Position numbers and translations under genes: made by a program. Positions 56,471 to 64,000 of a stretch of 64,000 bases of DNA are shown in pieces. The stretch lies in NCBI RefSeq assembly GCF_009914755.1, contig NC_060938.1. The stretch is one strand, 5' to 3'. The notes beneath the pieces were generated by a model that saw only the letters and a list, made by a program, of their open reading frames with translations, was not told the DNA's origin and did no database searches. Every line of letters begins with the position of its first letter. Position 1 is the first letter of the stretch. Source of the stretch: the human T2T-CHM13v2.0 reference genome, Homo sapiens.

Positions 56471-56575
56471 AGAGGCTTAGGATGACTGAGTGTGTTGAGT
56501 CCTACATGTCTTCCCCAACTCCATCCTCATATTTTAGGAGTTATCTGGGTAGATGGAATAACCTCTATCTTAGTA

Positions 56576-56798
56576 CAAAAGTAAGTGGACTACATCCCAG
56601 GGGCCAAATCCAGCCCTCTGCCTGTTTTTATAAGTAAATTTTTTTGGCATACAGCCACACCAATTAATTTATGTGTTGTCATGGCTGCTTTCACACTACC
56701 ACAGCTGAACTGAGTAGTTGCAACGGAGGATGTATGCCCTGCAAAGCCTAAAATATTTACATTCTAGCCCTTTACAGAAAGCGTTTTTTTGACCCCTT
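56576..56798 (+). mobile_element. MER58A hAT DNA transposon
   Basis: gggccaaatccagccc...gcctgttttt...acagccacacc...tgagtagttgcaac...gcaaagcctaaaatatttac...ccctttacagaaa...gacccct. Confidence 0.92.
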
Positions 56799-56874
56799 AG
56801 TATGAAGACACTTTAGCTTGAAAAACAGCTGTGCCTAAATTCATCTTATATGATTGAACCACTTTATAGCATAA

Positions 56875-56936
56875 ATACACAGACACCCACACACACATAT
56901 ACATGCACACACATGCACACACACACACACACACAG
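56875..56936 (+). repeat. (CA)n microsatellite
   Basis: Seen directly; purest run at about 56917-56935. Confidence 0.92.
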
Positions 56937-57249
56937 AGAAGAAACTGAGAATTTAAATGGCTAAAAAATGCAATCTGCATTCTGACTCTGAATTATATTT
57001 TTTAAATGTTGCATAGACTTTGTTTGGATTACCCTCTTTTATTCCCCCCCAGGCTCTGTCTTAATCTTCCTAAGTGAAATCTGTCCTTTGCTTCATGTTG
57101 TCTTGTAACCATATTTCAATAGCACTTAATCAGTGATAAAACTGCTTTGATTTATTCCCAGCTGTGGATATTATTGTTGAAATCTGCGTAAGTGTTCCGA
57201 CGTGTTATGATTGGAGCAATAGCATTTAAGAGTCCAGAGGCAAGTCAGA

Positions 57250-57600
57250 AAATTAACAACTGAGTTTTCTGATGCCTAAATTAACTGCACAGACAGCGCT
57301 GAGTACAATGAGAAAGTTCTGTAGAAACTTACTCGGCAGTATGTAAAGTGTTGAAATGGCTCACCCATTAAAAGTATTACATGGTGAGGACAAGTTCTCA
57401 TTGGATATACTTCTTACAGGCAGTGCCACAATTTCATGTAAAGGACAGCTGGCTGCTCTTCTGGGACACTTTTCTTTATGCAACATATACATTGTTGTTG
57501 CTAAAGCATCTAACGTGATGTTTCTCGGTTCTACAGCAAAACTGAGCCGCAGTAGGTGCCGTGTGGTAGGTTCTGCTGATGCATCTGCAGTCATCGGAAA
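57250..57600 (+). mobile_element. Possible CR1 RT C-terminal relic
   Basis: KVLH...CKGQLAALLGH...VVAKASNVMFLGSTAKLSRSR resembles CR1 KVLHLG...CEKDLGVLVDH...VAKKANAILGCINRSIVSRSR. Weak, judged by eye. Confidence 0.35.
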
Positions 57601-58359
57601 AGAAAAAAGCCATATGATTATAAAAGCAATCTGTATTCATTGCAGAAGCGTAGACTACAGAAACACAAAGAAAAGCAAAGTGACTCATAATCCATAATCG
57701 TAGCACCTACAAATAACAGCTCTTTGGTGTCTAGTCTCCCAAACTATTTTTTTAATTCCTGTGTTATTCATGAAATGAGATAGATCCTGAAAAAAACATC
57801 TGAGTCTAGATGATATGTGGAATAATATGTTCTCAATTTTTCAGTTAAATTTCTGGCACTTTATTTCTTCATGGAATCTTTCCTTAAATACTGTTGTTAT
57901 TTCGCTGCCAGATTGCTTGTAGTTTGAGTTGTACTGTATGTTAGAGTTGGCCATGATATTTTATTGTTTGCTGTTTTTCTAAATCTGAATCTGTGTGAAT
58001 TGGAGAGAGAAGTTTTCAATACATATTTTAATTGCTGTTGGTTTTACTCGACTCTCTTCATCTATTGTTTACAAATATCCCCAAATACAACTAGATGTTA
58101 TTGGTAATTATTGATTGTCATGGTTGCCAGGCATTACTGGACCTAGAGTTCTTTTTTACTACATAAAAACTCAAAATATTATTTTTTCATGAGACAAATA
58201 TGCTTTAATGTCTATAGGAGCTCTGTAACTGTCATAAGTCTTTTTACAATTTGAAATAATGGTATTAGATCATTTCCTAACAAACGCTGAAAATGGCTAC
58301 AACCTTAAGTTGTGTAGTCTTACTCTATTATTGTGGATCAAATTGTTTATCATTCCAGC

Positions 58360-58468
58360 TAGACTTGGAGATCCTTGAGATCCAAGATATTTTATCTCTG
58401 TGTTTTCAGTACCTTTTCTAGTCTCTGGCACATAAAAAATACATGCCTAATAAATATTTGTAGAATAC
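58360..58468 (+). mobile_element. L2 3' end
   Basis: agacttggagatccttgag...tctggcacataaaa...taataaatatttgtagaat. Confidence 0.7.
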
Positions 58469-58551
58469 AAAATTACTTGCCCCAAATCATCAATTGATAC
58501 AGCTGTGCCTCCTTATTTGCTCTGCCTGCCCCCATATTTCCCCTTATGTTA

Positions 58552-58800
58552 AACAATACGGTACAGTGGTTAAAAAGTAGGTTCTTGAGTTCAAAGTCTC
58601 TAGGCACTTTTAGTAAAGTTTAAATCTGAGCCTTCTCCACTTCTGAGTCATGTGACCTTGGCAAAGCCTGTGGACCTCAGTCCTGCTATTTGTAGAATGT
58701 TGACAGTAATAGAACTGACAGCACAGAATTATTGCAGGTGAAGTGAAATAATACCCTGAAGTGCGTTGCCCATTCTTGGTGTCCAGAAACTGTTACTATT
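58552..58800 (+). mobile_element. MIR SINE
   Basis: tacagtggttaaaa...tctccacttctgagtcatgtgaccttggcaaag...cctcagtcctgctatttgtagaatg. Confidence 0.75.
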
Positions 58801-59774
58801 TATTTTCCTCTCTCTCGATCATTTTCATACATTGAAATAAGCTATGATAGACACTTTATAAGTTTTAAAATGCTTTTAACATGTATAACAAATATTAAAA
58901 ATGTATGCTATGACAATACGGTTCATTGTTATGGTTTCTTTAGGTTCATTTCACTTTCATGGATTTACAAGCACTGTAAATCTTGGGCCTGTTATCTTTG
59001 CACATTTTCTTGTGCCCATTTTCATCTAAGGAGAAATTAAGGAGTAGAGAAAGGATGTAAGTCTCCTTAAGGCTACTCAGAATTATAAACAGTAAGAAAT
59101 AGAAGTTCTATAGCAAGATTCTTAAACTGTTGAATAAAATCTTCCTTTCCTATAAAAAGACTGTTCTGAGTATCCATACAAGTATCATTTATAACCACAG
59201 GCAGGGTATGTATGGGCTTCGATTTCAGGTGCTGTGTTTTGCTGAAGTCTGCTAACAGCCTCTACATCAAATTCATAATGATATTAAAATCTATGGTTCT
59301 TAGAAAAAGAATGGTTGAGAATGTGTTACAAAAGCAATTTGTCTCATCATGTTAATGTTGATGCCCTCTTATCCCAGAACCTGGCTGAAGCTGGAGTCAA
59401 AATCTATATTGGTTTAATTTTAAGTGGCCTTGTGAACAAGTGCATTCAGGCAATGAAGGAACTGAAAGCTACTTAGACCACCCAGGCTCCTGGTTGTGGA
59501 CTCTCGGATGGGGCTGGGCATTGTTAAAGGAGGTTGAACCTACATGCTTAAAGTTTCTGTGAAGGAGGAGTTGAATTTTTAGGACAATGTCAGTTGCTTT
59601 TATTGTAATCATGGTGACAAACTGAATTTATTAATGAGCATAATAGGATTAGATATTTTTAAAAGCCTCTAATTTTCTAGTTTAATTTGAAAGGAGCTCC
59701 TTAAAAAGTAGACAAATGCTTTCCTGCAATCTTTTAGAAGAAAGAGTACATAGAGACTGATAAAGACAAGTCAT

Positions 59775-60144
<370 letters not shown>

Positions 60145-61136
60145 TCATTAAATAAAAATTAAGTATATGTATTCCTATTCAAGTGTAAGCTCCCTCTCTT
60201 CTTGTAATTATGCTTGGGTAAGCATGGTTTCTTATTGTTTAAAAAATGAAAAGAAATTAGGTATCCAAGAATGGCTTTTTCCCTTGCTGGGAGATAGCAA
60301 CTAAATGACATGATCGTAGGTGACAGAGGCTCCTGATTCCCTCACAGATGCCAGTGGACCAGGTTCATTTTGAAATGAGCCAGGCAGGCTCCAAGCTCAA
60401 GCTCACCCTTGTTCAGGTGTGCCGGCCTCACCAAGCCCCCGCTGCTCAGTGAGGTGAAGAGTGCTTGATCTCTCCCATGTTCATCTCAGCCAGGGGTCTA
60501 TTGTTAAGACCTGCCTGAAAGCTGGCAAAATGACATTCCCTGGTGTGATTGAGTTTTAATGTAAGATTACAACCATAGATCAAAGTGAGGAGGACATTTG
60601 GGCAGGGGCTTTCAAGAATTTTAGAGCCAGAGCATAAAGAAGATAATTATACTGTATGATTTAGGGTTGTTTCTGCATGTGTCACTCACAAGCAAGGCTT
60701 GTCCTCTAGTTTATAAAGGGCTTTGTGGGTTTTTTGTCCTTCGCAATATTTCCTATTATTTAGTATCTAGAAGACCTTTTAAGGGCTATGATTAAAGAAA
60801 CCAGAACTGTTCTATAAATGGCCTTTCCTGATAATGATGATCAGTCTTTTAGACAGACAGCGTATTCTGGATTTGTTATCCACAAATTCAGCAACATAAA
60901 AAAGAAAAATGGGGCCAGCATTCTGGTAGCTTGAAGTCCTTTGGTTCTGATTTCACCAGTTCAGATTTTAAGATAATTCAGTCCCAGCTGGGCTTAAGTT
61001 TACTTTTGCATTGTTGACCTATTTTTTAAGTGTTAGAATAAAATCATCCTCCTTATCTGGAGACCCACAGAGAAATTCCTCCTCAATTGTAGAGCTTTGG
61101 AACAATTTAATCCTCCTAATGGTCTGATATGCTTCC

Positions 61137-61276
61137 TTTGTTTGTTTGTTTTGTTAGTAGAGATGGGGATTCACCACGTTAGCCAGGCCGGTCTCAAACT
61201 CCTGACCTCAAGTGATCTGCCTGCCTCTACCTCCCAAAGTGCTGGGAACACAGGCGTGAGCCACCATGACCAGCCC
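61137..61276 (-). mobile_element. Alu left monomer only (AluS-type)
   Basis: ttagtagagatggggattcacc...cctgacctcaagtgatctgcc...gtgagccaccatgaccagcc. No right arm; (TTTG)n in its place. Confidence 0.88.
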
Positions 61277-61664
61277 TTTTTGTTTCCTTTTTTAAATTAA
61301 GCAACAACGAAGGTTTTCCCTTTTTGCCCTGGCTGCCAGGGACTAAATTTCATGCTCAGTTATGATAGCTTCCTTTAGCCTAGATTTCTGGACCCTGTAC
61401 CCTTTTTCATTTGTTATTGCCTGGCTTTTTACCCACATAACAACAGATGGATTGTTCTATGTTTTCTATATTTACAGTGCCAGTAAGTGTATATTAATGC
61501 CAAGTCAGCTTTATACAATTTGTTTTTAAACTTTAAACATTTTATCACAGAAGGAATGCATGATTATTTTAAAAGATAGAAAATGTGGAAAAGCAAAAGT
61601 GAAAGTTAAAAATTACCCTTAATTTTACCAATCAGGAAGTAATTTGCTTTTAAACATTATGGTT

Positions 61665-61845
61665 TCTTAACTTTCTGTGGCCCAACCATAAAATGAGGAT
61701 AATAAACAGACTCCACCTTTAAGGCCCCACCCACTAAGATTGCTGTGAGTATAAAACATGTTACTCCATGAGATGTTCTCAGAACAACACCAGGGATGAA
61801 ATGAGTGTTTGATGAGTGTTGGTGGTTATTGTTGTTATTGTTGGA
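61665..61845 (+). mobile_element. MIR 3' half
   Basis: cttaactttctgtg...ataaaatgaggataataa...ttgctgtgagtataaa...agtgtttgatgagtgttggtggttattgttgttatt. Confidence 0.65.
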
Positions 61846-64000
61846 TATCTTATCCCAGACCTTTTTTCCTAAGCATATATGACAGATCATTTTTGTAAGT
61901 AAGTATAGGCATGCATTCAGTAAAATCATGGTATTTGAGAGCTGCAAAGGGTCTTAGGGTCTTTCTAATCTAGTTTCACCACAGGGGATTCGGGAAATAA
62001 ACTGGGGAGTTGGGGATTTCTTTTCTACCGCTCAACTATTACTGATTCTGCCTTAGGACCTACTGCATCAGAAACTCCAAGAATAGGTATGTGTATCTGG
62101 GGAGAAAAATGAGGTGATACTGATGGGAGTACCTGTTGACTGGACCCAGCGTATAGCCAGATTGCCTTTAACAGGTGAGGAGAGGCAGCGTGCCCCCGGC
62201 TGAGTGAGTGGCCTCAGGATCACACAGTGTTTACATAGAGCTGGAGCAAGACCTGAGTCTCTGAATGGCACCCGGCGCTGGCTTCCATCAGGCAAGGGGC
62301 CACCAGGCAAGACAAAAGAGATAAACATTTTGTGTGCATTTTGGCAGCATGATAATCTGTTATATCCAGACAGTTGCTGCAAATAGTATTCCGTGTTAAG
62401 ATGTACCATAATATTTGCTGGAAGTTAATTCAGGTGACTAAATCTGCAACTGTTGAAAGTAAAAACAAAACAAACAAAGCTTTGGTTTACATTTTAAAGC
62501 ATTGATGTTTCACTAATTCATTTTGACCTTCTCTCATCAGTCTGACTCAGTGAAATTTTGTTGTATTTCAGCTCCTAAGTTTAAGATGGTTTTGGGGGGT
62601 GGGTAGAAGCCAAAGTTTGTTATGAATTTAAAACTTTGCTATGGTGCCTTCTAGTGAAATTCTTCGGGCTTTCACTTCTCAAGGTGGTCTTCCTTGCTTT
62701 GCAGAGCACTCACATGTGAGAACAGAGAGTGGAACGGGGCAGTTTCATATCATTCCTAGAAGTTCAGTTCCCTTGTAAAACTATAAGAAAACCATGTGCT
62801 GTATGTTGACCCATGTTTGAGAAACTACCAAGAAAAAACCAACTTCTTGAAGGCTGCATGAGCTGAGCTTGTGTTGGGATGATTTGTAATGGTTCTGAAT
62901 ATTACAGATGCAGCTATAATCTTGTATGACACTGCCCTCACCATTGCACATGACTGATTCTGTAAGGATCTACAAGTAGGTGTTTAGGTGTTTCACCGCA
63001 TCTGCCTGACATAAACTAATGATGTAGACTGCTAAACGTGGTGACATGATTAAACAGGATGTTAACGAGTGGCTCCTCTAAGAGTCTTGCTCATTTCTTT
63101 TAACAGCCTTTGTTATGCATGTACAAAAGTTAAAGAGACAGAAATGGCTGTTTCCTGCAAAGCATCTGTTAACAGCAATGGGAATTCAAGAAGAAAGCAT
63201 TTAAACTATCTAGTAAGACACACAGGGCCATCTTCTTGTCCTGGGGGTTGTCCAAAACCATGTCTTTGTGGGAAGGAATATGGCAGTTTTTCTGCAGGCA
63301 GTAATCATTTGTACTATTACTTAGTTGTCATGTATTGATGATCCCATTTCAATCAAACATATCTCATTCAGAGAGCTTTGGATGGGAGGAATTTTTGGAA
63401 GGGTTTAGGAAGGTTAAATCTGTGAGACATGGCTTCCATCTGGAATGCATTAGCTACGAAGATTTATTAGTCAGAGTGCCTGTGCATAATGTTCCATGGA
63501 AAGCGGGCCCTGCATCTAATTTCCAGTGTGATGTCTATATGAGGAGTGATCTTTGAAATATCATAGGTGACAATCAAGTTTGTTATAAAAATAGTAAATG
63601 CCCAGGATTTTCATGGCGGCTATTTTAAATCCCTCATGAGGGCTGCTAAGCAGGTAGTTGATTTGTTGACAAATGATAAAACTGTAGGAATAGCAACATG
63701 CATGAAATTTTAAAATGGGGCAGCTCTTTTAAGCAGAAAAAGACTATTAGGAAAATTATGAGCATTTAGTGTTTTCATTTACCCTTTCTTTGGGCACGAT
63801 AACATTAGAAAATAAGAAGCCCAGTCCTCAACTCTGTGAAGAAGTACATCCCCCTTCTGATTAAAATAGTTTTTAAGAGCTAGTGTTGTTGATCAATAAG
63901 TGAATCAGGGAAAGCTTTATAGCGACTCATATATTAGACAGCCTGAGACCGCACTGTTTTCAGCTGTAATGTGATTGGTATAAATTAGAAATTATAGCGG

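Noticed and set aside
56116-56637. 173-aa ORF as a protein-coding gene
   Set aside because: GTG start, antisense to a CR1 RT relic, ends in MER58A, and no homolog recognised. An apparent plus-strand RTE similarity is explained better by the minus-strand CR1 match.

Overview
AT-rich, CpG-poor human genomic DNA. An AluYb8 that matches the subfamily consensus as I recall it makes the source human rather than another primate. The window is intronic or intergenic. I recognise no known protein-coding exon, CpG island, tRNA, rRNA or snRNA, and I cannot name the locus. The supplied ORFs are chance frames or lie in or antisense to repeats. Repeat content: about 12 Alu/FLAM copies (J, S, Y, Yb8), two THE1 solo LTRs, an MLT1 LTR, an ERVL-type LTR, MER5A/MER20/MER58A, many MIR and L2 pieces, and an unusual amount of CR1/L3. 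Recognisable L1 is nearly absent. Main observations: (1) a near full-length L3/CR1 fossil (about 48.7-53.9 kb) that still shows ORF1 motifs and hosts six later insertions; (2) a divergent THE1 pair with intact DUX4 motifs; (3) a very young, possibly polymorphic AluYb8; (4) further CR1 reverse-transcriptase relics at 55.8-57.7 kb; (5) three candidate plus-strand exons that splice into one open frame; (6) an AluY without a target-site duplication (TSD). I found no convincing novel biological system. Repeat calls come from recalled consensus sequences, and boundaries of old repeats are approximate.
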